Positions 29,010-40,675 of a stretch of DNA of 64,000 bases are shown here, in pieces. Origin of the DNA: Eledone cirrhosa (taxonomy: Eukaryota); assembly GCA_964016885.1 (NCBI GenBank), contig CAXHJY010000184.1:248001-312000 (forward strand). Reading direction: 5' to 3'. The first letter of the stretch is position 1, and the number at the start of each line of letters is the position of its first letter. The position numbers and the translations under genes are program-made. Under the pieces are notes generated by a model, which saw nothing but the letters and a program-made list of their open reading frames with translations, ran no database searches and had not been told where the DNA came from.

Positions 29010-29124
29010 GCTGGATTAACTATCTGACAGCCGGAAATTTCTGCAGGTAATTTACAAAACAAATCAAATTATGATACAATATAGTGAAAACCTGTTCAAA
29101 GAACAACTGTTTATAATAGTTTTA

Positions 29125-30975
29125 GATAGAGAGACCCTACATTCCTTATTCACACTATAGTAGTTATAGAGAGACCCTACATTCCTTATTCACACTATAG
29201 TAGTTATAGAGAGACCCTACATTCCTTATTCACACTATAGTAGTTATAGAGAGACCCTACATTCCTTATTCACACTATAGTAGTTATAGAGAGACCCTAC
29301 ATTCCTTATTCACACTATAGTAGTAATAGAGAGACCCTACATTCCTTATTCACACTATAGTAGTTATAGACAGACCCTACATTCCTTATTCACACTATAG
29401 TAGTTATAGACAGACCCTACATTCCTTATTCACACTATAGTAGTTATAGAGAGACCCTACATTCCTTATTCACACTATAGTAGTTATAGAGAGACCCTAC
29501 ATTCCTTATTCACACTATAGTAGTTATAGACAGACCCTACATTCCTTATTCACACTATAGTAGTTATAGACAGACCCTACATTCCTTATTCACACTATAG
29601 TAGTTATAGACAGACCCTACATTCCTTATTCACACTATAGTAGTTATAGACAGACCCTACATTCCTTATTCACACTATAGTAGTTATAGAGAGACCCTAC
29701 ATTCCTTATTCACACTATAGTAGTTATAGACAGACCCTACATTCCTTATTCACACTATAGTAGTTATAGAGAGACCCTACATTCCTTATTCACACTATAG
29801 TAGTTATAGAAAGACCCTACATTCCTTATTCACACTATAGTAGTTATAGACAGACCCTACATTCCTTATTCACACTATAGTAGTTATAGACAGACCCTAC
29901 ATTCCTTATTCACACTATAGTAGTTATAGAGAGACCCTACATTCCTTATTCACACTATAGTAGTTATAGAGAGACCCTACATTCCTTATTCACACTATAG
30001 TAGTTATAGACAGACCCTACATTCCTTATTCACACTATAGTAGTTATAGACAGACCCTACATATAGTAGTTATAGACAGACCCTACATATAGTAGTTATA
30101 GAGAGACCCTACATTCCTTATTCACACTATAATAGTTATAGAGAGACCCTACATATAGTAGTTATAGAGAGACCCTACATATAATAGTTATAGAGAGACC
30201 CTACATATAATAGTTATAGAGAGACCCTACATTCCTTATTCACGCTATAATAGTTATAGAGAGACCCTACATATAGTAGTTATAGAGAGACCCTACATAT
30301 AATAGTTATAGAGAGACCCTACATATAATAGTTATAGAGAGACCCTACATTCCTTATTCACGCTATAATAGTTATAGAGAGACCCTACATATAGTAGTTA
30401 TAAAGAGGCTCTACATATAATAGTTATAGAGAGACCCTACATATAGTAGTTATAGAGAGACCCTACATATAGTAGTTATAGAGAGACCCTACATATAGTA
30501 CCCTACATATAGTAGTTATAGAGAGACCCTACATTCCGTGTTCACGCTATAATAGTTATAGAGAGACCCTACATTCCTTATTCACGCTATAGTAGTTATA
30601 GAGAGACCCTACATATAGTAGTTATAGAGAGACCCTACATTCCGTGTTCACGCTATAATAGTTATAGAGAGACCCTACATATAGTAGTTATAGAGAGACC
30701 CTACATTCCTTATTCACGCTATAGTAGTTATAGAGAGACCCTACATATAGTAGTTATAGAGAGACCCTACATTCCTTATTCACGCTATAATAGTTATAGA
30801 GAGACCCTACATTCCTTATTCACGCTATAGTAGTTATAGAGAGACCCTACATATAGTAGTTATAGAGAGACCCTACATATAGTAGTTATAGAGAGACCCT
30901 ACATTCCTTATTCACGCTATAATAGTTATAGAGAGACCCTACATTCCGTGTTCACGCTATAATAGTTATAGACAG
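29125..30975. repeat. 40-bp minisatellite (ATAGAGAGACCCTACATTCCTTATTCACACTATAGTAGTT); from ~30060 interspersed with a 26-bp deletion variant
   Basis: About 23 near-perfect 40-mers followed by mixed 26/40-bp units. Confidence 0.97.
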
Positions 30976-31144
30976 AGAAACCCTGCCTTCTGTCAACCGT
31001 ACTGCTTCACTGCCTTTTAGTTATTCCTGTGGAAGCAAATATGCAAGATGAAGAGGTCCATAGGCAGCTACAGAAAGATATTAAAAATCTCAGCTTTATT
31101 TGAACCTGTCTAACCTATGCCCTCAGTGCAGGTTATTTAGTATT

Positions 31145-31326
31145 AATATAATTGTTTCTGATTTAGACATAAGGCCAGCAATTTGGGGGAGAGATGGAAG
31201 TCAATTAAATCAACCCCAGTACATTACAGGTACTTTATTTTATCGACCCTGTAAGGATGAAAGGCAAAGCTAACCTTGGCAGGATTTGAACTCAGAACAT
31301 AAAGAGACAACTATATGCTGCAAAGC
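31145..31326 (-). mobile_element. tRNA-derived Nin-core SINE
   Basis: Reverse complement of the core (GTACTTTATTTTATCGACCC...GATGAAAGGCAAAG) and B-box (GGATTTGAACTC). Confidence 0.75.
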
Positions 31327-31366
31327 CTATGGTTTCTGATTTAGGCACAAGGTCAACTCCATCACG

Positions 31367-31870
31367 ACTCCATCAAACAACCACCATCACTCTGTCAAAC
31401 AGCCACCACAACCATCACCACCACTCCATCAAACAACCACCATCACTCTGTCAAACAGCCACCACAACCATCACCACCACTCCATCAAACAACCACCATC
31501 ACTCTATCAAACAGCCACCACAACCATCACCATCACTCCGTCAAACAACCACCATCACTCTGTCAAACAGCCACCACAACCATCACCATAACTCCATCAA
31601 ACAACCACCATCACTCTGTCAAACAGCCACCACAACCATCACCATAACTCCATCAAACAACCACCATCACTCTGTCAAACAGCCACCACAACCATCACCA
31701 TAACTCCATCAAACAACCACCATCACTCTGTCAAACAGCCACCACAACCATCACCATAACTCCATCAAACAACCACCATCACTCTGTCAAACAGCCACCA
31801 CAACCATCACCATCACCACCACTCCATCAAACAACCACCATCACCATCTCAACCACCATCACCATAACTC
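31367..31870. repeat. 56-bp C/A-rich minisatellite
   Basis: ACTCCATCAAACAACCACCATCACTCTGTCAAACAGCCACCACAACCATCACC(A/C)... recurs with period 56 (31367, 31423, ...). Confidence 0.9.
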
Positions 31871-31949
31871 CATCAAACAGCCACCACCACCACCAATCCA
31901 ACATACCCTTATCACCACTTCTCTAACATACTGTTACCCTCCCCTCCCC

Positions 31950-33617
31950 CCACTACTCCTCAATACACAACAGCCACAATTCCCACCACCACTACAATAT
32001 ACAGCCACCACCCACACTACCACTTATAACACACACCACCACCACCACTACAACATACAGCCACCACCACTACCCATACTACTACTACTACCACCCACAC
32101 CACCACAACACCATACAACCACTACCTACCACCGACACCACTACTACCACCCACACCACCACAACACCATACAACCACTACCTACCACCACCACCGACAC
32201 CACTACTACCACCACCACCACCACTACTACCACCCACACCACCACAACACCATACAACCACTACCTACCACCACCACCACCGACACCACCACCGACAACA
32301 TTACTACCACCCACACCACCACAACACCATACAACCACTACCTATCAACACCACTACTACCACCCACACCACCACAACACCATACAACCACTACCTACCA
32401 CCACCACCGACACCACTACTACCACCACCACCACCACCACCACTACTACCACCCACACAACCACAACACCATACAACCACTACCTACCACCACCACCGAC
32501 ACCACTACTACCACCACCACCACTACCACCCACACAACCACAACACCATACAACCACTACCTACCACCGCCACCACCGACACCACTACTACCACCCACAC
32601 AACCACAACACCATACAACCACTACCTACCACCACCACCGACACCACTACTACCACCACCACTACTACCACCCACACAACCACAACACCATACAACCACG
32701 ACCTACCACCGCCACCACCGACACCACTACTACCACCCACACAACCACAACACCATACAACCACTACCTACCACCGCCACCACCGACACCACTACTACCA
32801 CCCACACAACCACAACACCATACAACCACTACCTAACACCACCACCACCGACACCACTACTACCACCCACACAACCACAACACCATACAACCACTACCTA
32901 TCAACACCACTACTACCACCCACACAACCACAACACCATACAACCACTACCTACCACCACCATCACAAACACCACTACTACCACCACCGCCACCACCGAC
33001 ACCACTACTACCACCCACACAACCACAACACCATACAAGCACTACCTAACACCACCACCACCGACACCACCACCACCGACACCACTACTACCACCCACAC
33101 AACCATAACACCATACAACCACTACCTAACACCACCACTACCACCACCACCACCACCACCGACACCACTACTACCACCCACACAACCACAACACCATACA
33201 ACCACTACCTATCAATACCACTACTACCACCCACACAACCACAACACCATACAACCACTACCTAACACCACCACCGACACCACCACCACCACCGACACCA
33301 CTACTACCACCCACACAACCACAACACCATACAACCACTACCTAACACCACCACTACCACCACCACCGACACCACTACTACCACCCACACAACCACAACA
33401 CCATACAACCACTACCTATCAACACCACTACTACCACCCACACAACCACAACACCATACAACCACTACCTAACACCACCACCGACACCACTACTACCACC
33501 CACACCACCACAACACCATACAACCACTACCTAACACCACCACTACCACCACCACCACCACCGACACCACTACTACCACCCACACCATCACAACACCATA
33601 CAACCACTACCTATCAA
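31950..33617. repeat. (ACC)n-derived variable-length minisatellite, almost G-free on the + strand
   Basis: Units of CCACTACTACCACCCACACAACCACAACACCATACAACCACTACCTA with variable ACC runs. Confidence 0.92.
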
Positions 33618-33861
33618 TTTCTTCTTCTGCTGCTCTACATACAGATTTAATCAGCGGGTATCATGCGCACATTCCACTTTACCGTGACCTACACTGGGCT
33701 GGTTTAGGGTGACAGTAAGTCCTTGAAAGGACACCACCTTCTAAGTGAAGGGTAAAAACCCTTCACCCACATTCCAATTTGAAATAGTTCGCTGCCGAAA
33801 TCTCTAAAAACAAAAAAACTCTATTTGATAAAATCGTTTGAAGCCGGAAGAACAAAACAAT

Positions 33862-34241
33862 GACAGTATCGGTAGAGGGTCGGACGCCATGCTTTGACGC
33901 ATAGAGTTACGTCCTTTTACGGTCTGAGTTCAAATCCCGCCGAGGTTAACTTTGCCTTTCATCTTTACGGGGTCGATAAAATAAAGTACCAGTAATACAC
34001 TGGGTAATTGCTGGCCTTGTGCCTAAACTAGAAACAATTATTATTATTTGGCAGTATCGGTAGAGGGTCGGACGCCATGCTTTGACGCATAGAGTTACGT
34101 CCTTTTACGGTCTGAGTTCAAATCCCGCCGAGGTTAACTTTGCCTTTCATCTTTACGGGGTCGATAAAATAAAGTACCAGTAATACACTGAGTAATTGCT
34201 GGCCTTGTGCCAAAAATAGAAACAATTATTATTATTATTAT
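33862..34241 (+). mobile_element. Two tandem, near-identical Nin-core SINE copies (188-bp period); a third partial copy lies at ~34476-34590
   Basis: CAGTATCGGTAGAGGGTCGG...GAGTTCAAATCC...GCCTTTCATCTTTACGGGGTCGATAAAATAAAGTACC...(TTA)n starts at both 33864 and 34052. Confidence 0.85.
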
Positions 34242-34624
34242 TGTTCATATAAGTTAATATATTATTATTTTGATGATGCAAAATTAACAACTGGTTTTAT
34301 TCTTAATTCAATTAACAACCGCTGTTATTTGCCAAGTTATTGAAGTAGACGGCAATTGTGCTCCAGAATGACCATGATCATTTAAACATGTTTTCATTGT
34401 AGTTTGGTGTTGTATTGTAGAATATATTTAGAATAAAAACTGTCGTTAATTTTGCCATAACCTAATATTAATGTAAGTTCAAATCCCGTCGAGGTTAACT
34501 TTGCCTTTTATCCTTATGGGGGTCGATAAAATAAAGTACCAGTAATGTACTGAGAAATTGCTGGCTTTGTGCCAAAAGTAGAAATAATTAATGTAAGTTG
34601 AAAACCTAAGAATTAGTATTAAAG

Positions 34625-34837
34625 GGCACTACAACGCTATTAGCTGTCAGTCGAAGCAGCCGATGAAAGCAAAACATCGTTTATTTCCGTATTACTACCA
34701 CGCGTAAGTGGAGTTACTTAACTGAAAAAAATTTTTTTTTTCACGCGTTTTTATTAATTTTTTTATTAAAGCATATAGATGTAAGTGGAGTTACTTAAAT
34801 GAAAATATAGGTGGCCCTTAAAAGGGCCAAATTAGAA
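34625..34837 (-). mobile_element. Partial, inverted copy of the TIR element at 62115-62518
   Basis: Starts with the TIR GGCACTACAACGCTATTAG. The interior matches the reverse complement of 62240-62470. Confidence 0.75.
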
Positions 34838-34902
34838 TATACCGCTACGTTTTAACAGTTTTACTAGTTACACATACACACACACATATATATATATATA
34901 CA

Positions 34903-34980
34903 CACGGTGTCCCCTCAAAAATATATACACACTTTGATTACTTTGCTGTTGAAGTGTGTATACATTTTTTGGGACACTGT
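34903..34980. mobile_element. ~80-bp hairpin MITE (Tc1/mariner-like ends) within TA microsatellite
   Basis: GTGTCCC...AAAAATATATACACACTT pairs with AAGTGTGTATACATTTTTTGGGACAC. Confidence 0.55.
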
Positions 34981-35499
34981 TTGTATATATATATATATAT
35001 ATATATATATTGGGGGAAGGGAGAAATTTTTGGATGCTATACCTGACATAATAAAATCCAAAATACACCCCTAACATTTGTCGGAATATCAATCACGAGA
35101 GTAGATAAATAAATATATAAATACATAAATAAGAAATGATAGAAAAGGAAAAGAAAATCCCTACATTATGTAATATTCCCAGTCACCCCTAAATTTTCCC
35201 TAAATTTCAAAACCGGGAGGGGAAAGTCCGAGGGTTAAAATCCCAAATGATGGTACCTCAAATACTAGTGTATCCCTTTGCATTACAGTTTAAAGCAATA
35301 CATATGATCGCTTTGATGACTCTTATTCGTTTCTAAGGGTTTCGTTTTTTTCTCGTCTTTCTATCATATATATATATATAAAAAACCAAAATACATATAT
35401 ATATATATATATGTGTCAAAATCTTTCCCTCTATCTATCTCTTTCCCTCTCTGTCTATCTTTTGCCATAAAAACGATAATGATAATCAATTCAATTAAG

Positions 35500-35501
<2 letters not shown>

Positions 35502-35579
<78 letters not shown>
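35502..35579. repeat. (TA)n microsatellite; similar tracts at ~36800-36869, ~39744-39802, (TG/TA) ~40476-40675 and (CA/TA) ~56687-56820
   Basis: Seen directly. Confidence 0.97.
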
Positions 35580-35583
<4 letters not shown>

Positions 35584-36470
35584 AGTATTATTATTAAAAT
35601 TAAATACCATTTATTCTGCGGCAGAGAGTTTCATCTTCTCCATCATTCGCTCCTCCAGAATCGTAGTACTAGTCGTTATTGTATGTGTGTGTTTCTGCGC
35701 ATATATATATATATATGTGGTGTGTATGTGTTTGTGTGTATATGTATATATGTTTGCGATCGCCACTCTCGCCCTTCGTGAGGAGAATGGTGTGTACGTA
35801 TGTATATATATATATGTGTGTGTATGTGTGTGCTTGGAATATTTACCAATGGTTGATATATCGATGAACCTCTGATAGGCTTATACAGAATCAATGGATC
35901 TCGTATCGGTTCCTTTCGTTCGATCACCAAGAACTACCCACACATTTGAATTTATAATGTAAATGGTTAAATGTTTCACAAACACTTGTACTCCCTTACT
36001 TTAACATACCCCTCCCCCATATACACATACTATGTGGGCACTCAGTTTGCTAGAAATAACAGCCAATTCTTTCCACCTACCTTAAAAAAAAATATTAAGA
36101 AAGAACACGATGTCCGATAATGTACGTATTAGATACACCTAAAACGACGGGATGGTCGTGGCTGGAATACCGTTGATCATAATGGAATTCTGTGGTTTAG
36201 TCAAGGTTGACCTAGGGCTAAACAACAATAACGTAATCCCCAAGCAGAAAAGTCAACAAAACTATCTTGCAACATTGTAGAGTGAATGTAAAATTTTATA
36301 AGCTTCAGCTTTGAGAAACTACTCTCACCATTTTCCATCGATACTGGAAGTGTGAAAAGGATGCTTAATGCAATAGCATCATTTGAGTGATATAAAAAAT
36401 TTTCCCGATTTTAGAATTATTCCAATTTATCATTTTTCCGAACTTACAATGAAAAAATACGTATATACGG

Positions 36471-36673
36471 GAAAAATAGCGCCAAACTTTTCCTTTTGAA
36501 AGAATAATGTGATTTGTCACGTGATAGTACTTCTCAATATGTGTATACGTATATACGTATACACATATTTAGAGGTAATGTGTATACGTATATACGTATA
36601 CACATATTTAGAGGTATTATCACGTGACAAATCACATTATTCTTTCAAAAGGAAACGTTTGGCGCCATTTTTC
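36471..36673. promoter_or_regulatory. ~200-bp palindrome with mirrored GTCACGTGA E-boxes (36518-36523, 36621-36626) and TTTGGCGC E2F-like sites; candidate XPR1 promoter, or a MITE
   Basis: Arms GAAAAATAGCGCCAAAC...GTCACGTGAT and its reverse complement, around a duplicated perfect palindromic centre. Candidate minus-strand donor G|GTGAGA at 36329. Confidence 0.4.
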
Positions 36674-36795
36674 TCCAGAGAATAGCGGGAATTTCAATAA
36701 ACGCAGGAGAAATGAAGAAACAGTAAATCAAAAGATAAGAAAACAGTAAGTAATATCAAATAATTATTAAAAACGTTACACGAATAATTAAGTTT

Positions 36796-36873
<78 letters not shown>

Positions 36874-37460
36874 TTTATCTGATGAAAGCGGTGGCCCATG
36901 ATAAATATAGTTTCCATTTATTAATATATTATATATATATATGTATGTATGTATGTATGTAAAAAAAAAATTATCACCAATTAAATGTATTAAACTTCTG
37001 TAATACATTTGAAAATTTACATTGAGCCTTTTCTCCTTCCGGCTAGTACTTAGTACTACCATCCATATTTATAATCATATATAAGTATAAATATTATTAT
37101 TATTCAGTAATGCACTGGGTAATTGCTGGCCTTGTGCCTAAAGTAGAAACAATTATTATTACTATGTATGTATATGTATATATATAATATAAGATCAAAA
37201 GGTGGTTAAAAGAGTTCCATGTATTTTATTATGCGCATTTCAAAAACAAATATCATCATGCGATGACATTTGCGTTTTCGTCAGATAAAATAGGGAGACA
37301 TGATATGAAGGTTAAAAAACACTTGTGAATAGTGCAGTTTTAAATCAACATATGAAAAGTAATTTAAGATTGATATGTGATATTGGGGCAAAAATGAGGG
37401 GGGTGGGGTGGAAAGGATGAAAAAGAGGAGATGAGAGTAAAGAATGGTGGGGGAGGAGTA

Positions 37461-38844
37461 CAGTGGCGGATTTAAGGAATAGGGCCCAGTCGGCATTGGT
37501 CAGTAAGGAGGTCCCAGAGTGAAAATTAAAGTACCTTCTTTTCGAGCGAGTATTGAAAAAGTTTTTTTTTTAATTTCCCATTTAGCTACCAATAATCATT
37601 AAGAAGACAATTAAATTACAAGTACACTTTATTTGAAACAAACAAACAGATGTGCTGTACTGTAAACAAATAATAAAGTAATAAAGTTGTATATATGTTA
37701 GTCTTTTACACAAATTGCTTTTACATGCGCAGAATTCTGCGAGCTTTAACAGTTGAAAAATGAGTTATAGCGTGGTCCAAGTTTACTGATTTAGTAATTT
37801 TGTTTTCAATTGCCAGCAGGGCAAAACTGGATAGCCTCTCCTGGCCCATCGTTGAACGAAGATAATTTTTTATTCTTCGTAGAACACTGAAAGAGCGTTC
37901 CGCACTTGCTATGCCAATTGGTAAAGTGAGAAATAGCCTTACCAGAATTTCAAACTCGGGAAAGACATCACACAAGTCATTGTTCAGTAAAAATTTCAGA
38001 TATGGCATAACCCTACTTTGTTTTAAAGCTGCGTTTGGCTGTGAAAAGTAGAGGCCAATGAAAGAAAAGAGTTCATTTCTGAGTTCCAGTGTGAATTCAT
38101 TTGGAAAGTTATCTACCAATGTTGCTACATGTGTTTTTAGTTCATCATCTGAGCATTTAGCCAGTCGATTTGGACTCAAAAATCCAAAGATTGAAGATAT
38201 TTTTTTTATTCCTTCAGTTCGGGCTCTCATCTCCCCAATCATACTATCCAGTGATTGAAAATAAATTGCAGTGCGATATCTATCTGAAGCAGTAGCTAGT
38301 CTTTCAACACCACAAACTTCACCATCCATAATCTTTCTTCTCCTTACTCGCGTTATTTTAAAATCAGCTTCAGATGCATCAAATCCCACGTCATTCCAGG
38401 CTTTCTTTGTCTGGTCCACAAATTGTTCAAATTTGTGATCGCATCTGAGTTCTTCCAATTTATCTGTTGAACGTTCAAAGCACTGTCACAAGGAATAAAT
38501 CAAAAAGAAACTAAAAAAAAACCCAAGAAACTAACAAAAATATCAACAAAAAAACAAAACAATGAAACTAACAAAAACGTTTCAAATAAATAAATAAATC
38601 TATATTTCTTTTAACGGCTAAAAAAAAGGGAATGTAAATTTGTTGGAATAGCCTCATTTCAGCAGCCAGCAGCGAAGTTATTTAGCCTCATATCAGCAGC
38701 GAACAGCGAAGTTATTTAGCCCTAGGCATGGAGGAGGTATTTTTGGATATCGCCCAAATTACAATTTTTTTTTTTTGCAAGCGCCCAGTCGGCAGGGGCC
38801 CAGTCGGCATTTGCCACCTTCGCCACCTGTTAAATCCGCCACTT
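37461..38844 (-). mobile_element. Internally deleted hAT DNA transposon (1384 bp)
   Basis: TIRs CAGTGGCGGATTTA / TAAATCCGCCACTT, perfect 8-bp TSD GAGGAGTA (37453-37460, 38845-38852), subterminal GCCCAGTCGGCA repeats and a transposase ORF. Confidence 0.95.
37721..38482 (-). CDS. C-terminal part of a hAT (ZMYM1/Tip100-like) transposase with hAT dimerisation domain
   Basis: LFLTLPIGIASAERSFSVLRRIKNYLRSTMGQERLSSFALLAIE motif. 253 uninterrupted codons starting at a splice-acceptor-like CCTTGTGACAG. Confidence 0.85.
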   Translation of the reverse strand, partial: CFERSTDKLEELRCDHKFEQFVDQTKKAWNDVGFDASEADFKITRVRRRKIMDGEVCGVERLATASDRYRTAIYFQSLDSMIGEMRARTEGIKKISSIFGFLSPNRLAKCSDDELKTHVATLVDNFPNEFTLELRNELFSFIGLYFSQPNAALKQSRVMPYLKFLLNNDLCDVFPEFEILVRLFLTLPIGIASAERSFSVLRRIKNYLRSTMGQERLSSFALLAIENKITKSVNLDHAITHFSTVKARRILRM

Positions 38845-39742
38845 GAGGAGTATAATAAGGAAGGATGAGATAGGAGAGATGGGTGATAGAGAGAGAGAGA
38901 TAGCTTTTATAACTGAGAAAAATATATTGTTTTACAGAGAGAGGTTAAAAAGCCGTTGGAAGATAATATATAAATTAAAAGAATTTAAAAATTAATGAAA
39001 AGAAAAAATTAAGGTTTGTATATTGAAGGGTTTAATAATATGTGCGATGAAAAGAAATTGTTAATATATATTAAGAATAATGTTAAATTAAGGTTTAACA
39101 CATTATTAAACCCTTCAATATACAAACTTTAATTTAACATTATTCTTAATATATATTAACAATTTCTTTTCATCGCACATATTATTAAACTCTTCAATAT
39201 ACAAACCTTAATTTAACATTATTCTTAATTTTTTTCTTTTCATTAATTTTCAAATTCTTTTCATTTATATATTATCTTCCAACGGCTTTTTAACCTCTCT
39301 CTCTGTAAAACAATATATTTTTCTCAGTTATAAAGGCTATCTCTCTCTTTCTATCACCCATCTCTCTTCCTATCTCATCCTTCCTTATTATACTCCTCCC
39401 CCTCCATTCTTTACTCTCATCTCCTCCTCTTTTTCACCCCCCCCCCCTCATTTTTTTCCCAATATCACATATCAATCTTGAATTACTTTTCATAAGTTGA
39501 TTTAAAACTGCACTATTCACAAGTGTTTTTTAACCTTCATATCATGTCTCCCTATTTTATCTGACGAAAACGCAAATGTCATCGCATGATGATATTTGTT
39601 TTTGAAATGCGCATAATAAAATACATGGAACTCTTTTAACCATCTTTTGATCTTATTATTTATACTCCAGTCCCACAAACTGTAGAGTGGTACTTATCCG
39701 ATATCTGCATTGCTCTTTATTGTACTACAATAAAACTCACCT

Positions 39743-39809
<67 letters not shown>

Positions 39810-39841
39810 TATTTTATTATACTTATTTCGAAGACATATGT

Positions 39842-39972
39842 CATTTGTATAATATCTGCCCTACGTGTTTTCTTCCGACAAAAATCCATGCAAGATGTAA
39901 ATATCCGTTGATATGAGATATTCGTTGATATCCATTGATATGAGAACACGTAGGGCAGATGTTATACAAATG
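39842..39972. mobile_element. ~130-bp MITE-like inverted repeat
   Basis: CATTTGTATAATATCTGCCCTACGTGTT pairs with AACACGTAGGGCAGATGTTATACAAATG. Confidence 0.6.
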
Positions 39973-40012
39973 AAATGGGCAAATGATACCGTCTTTCTTG
40001 TTTATTATTATA

Positions 40013-40120
40013 ACCCACCGAGGTTAACTTTGCCTTTCATCCTTATGGGGTCGATAAAATAAAGTAGCAGTAATACACTGGGTAATTGCTGGCCTTGTGC
40101 CAAAGTAGAAACAATTATTA
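40013..40120 (+). mobile_element. Nin-core SINE, 3' half
   Basis: CCGAGGTTAACTTTGCCTTTCATCCTTATGGGGTCGATAAAATAAAG...GTAGAAACAATTATTA. Confidence 0.8.
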
Positions 40121-40644
40121 TAATAAAACTCCGGATAAACATAAACTGTTGATATTAAACTTATGAAAGAGTCGGCAAATTTTCAATCAACCAACTTTCC
40201 TTAGTTGAATAAATATATGTATGTATATATAGACGTATTTTTTCTTTAATATTGCAACATTAAAGGAATATATCCTTCTGAAAGAATCGCGAGCAATTTA
40301 TAATGTTATTTAAGCATTGGTAATTATTTATGTATATATTTAAAACATATTTGCTGTTATTCTACTGTAAATATATTATATATACGCAAATAATGAATCT
40401 GTATATTAAAACATCGTTGTATTATTCAATCAGTTTATTGAACAACTAGAATGCTCATCGTCAAGTACTTTATACATATATATATATATGTGTGTGTGTG
40501 TGTATGTATGTATGAATCTATATATATGTGTGTGTATGTATATATGTGTGTATGTATATGTGTGTATGTATATGTGTGTGTATGTATATATGTGTGTATG
40601 CATATGTGTGTGTATGCATATGTGTGTATGTATATATATGTGTG

Positions 40645-40675
<31 letters not shown>

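Larger units (their letters stand above)
37190..39655. mobile_element. Fold-back (palindromic) element of ~1.07 kb with ~500-bp arms, interrupted by a hAT insertion in its left arm
   Basis: 37190-37460 plus 38853-39095 is the reverse complement of ~39130-39655 (TAAGATCAAAAG...CTTTTGATCTTA). Confidence 0.9.

Noticed and set aside
33862-34241. tRNA genes suggested by GAGTTCAAATCC B-boxes (also at 53.7 kb)
   Set aside because: No cloverleaf can be formed, and the boxes lead into multi-copy SINE bodies and tails.
36518-36626. Pho4-type phosphate regulon sites (CACGTG) upstream of a phosphate exporter
   Set aside because: Pho4 is fungal. In an animal the motif is better read as a generic bHLH-ZIP E-box, and nothing in the sequence links it to phosphate.
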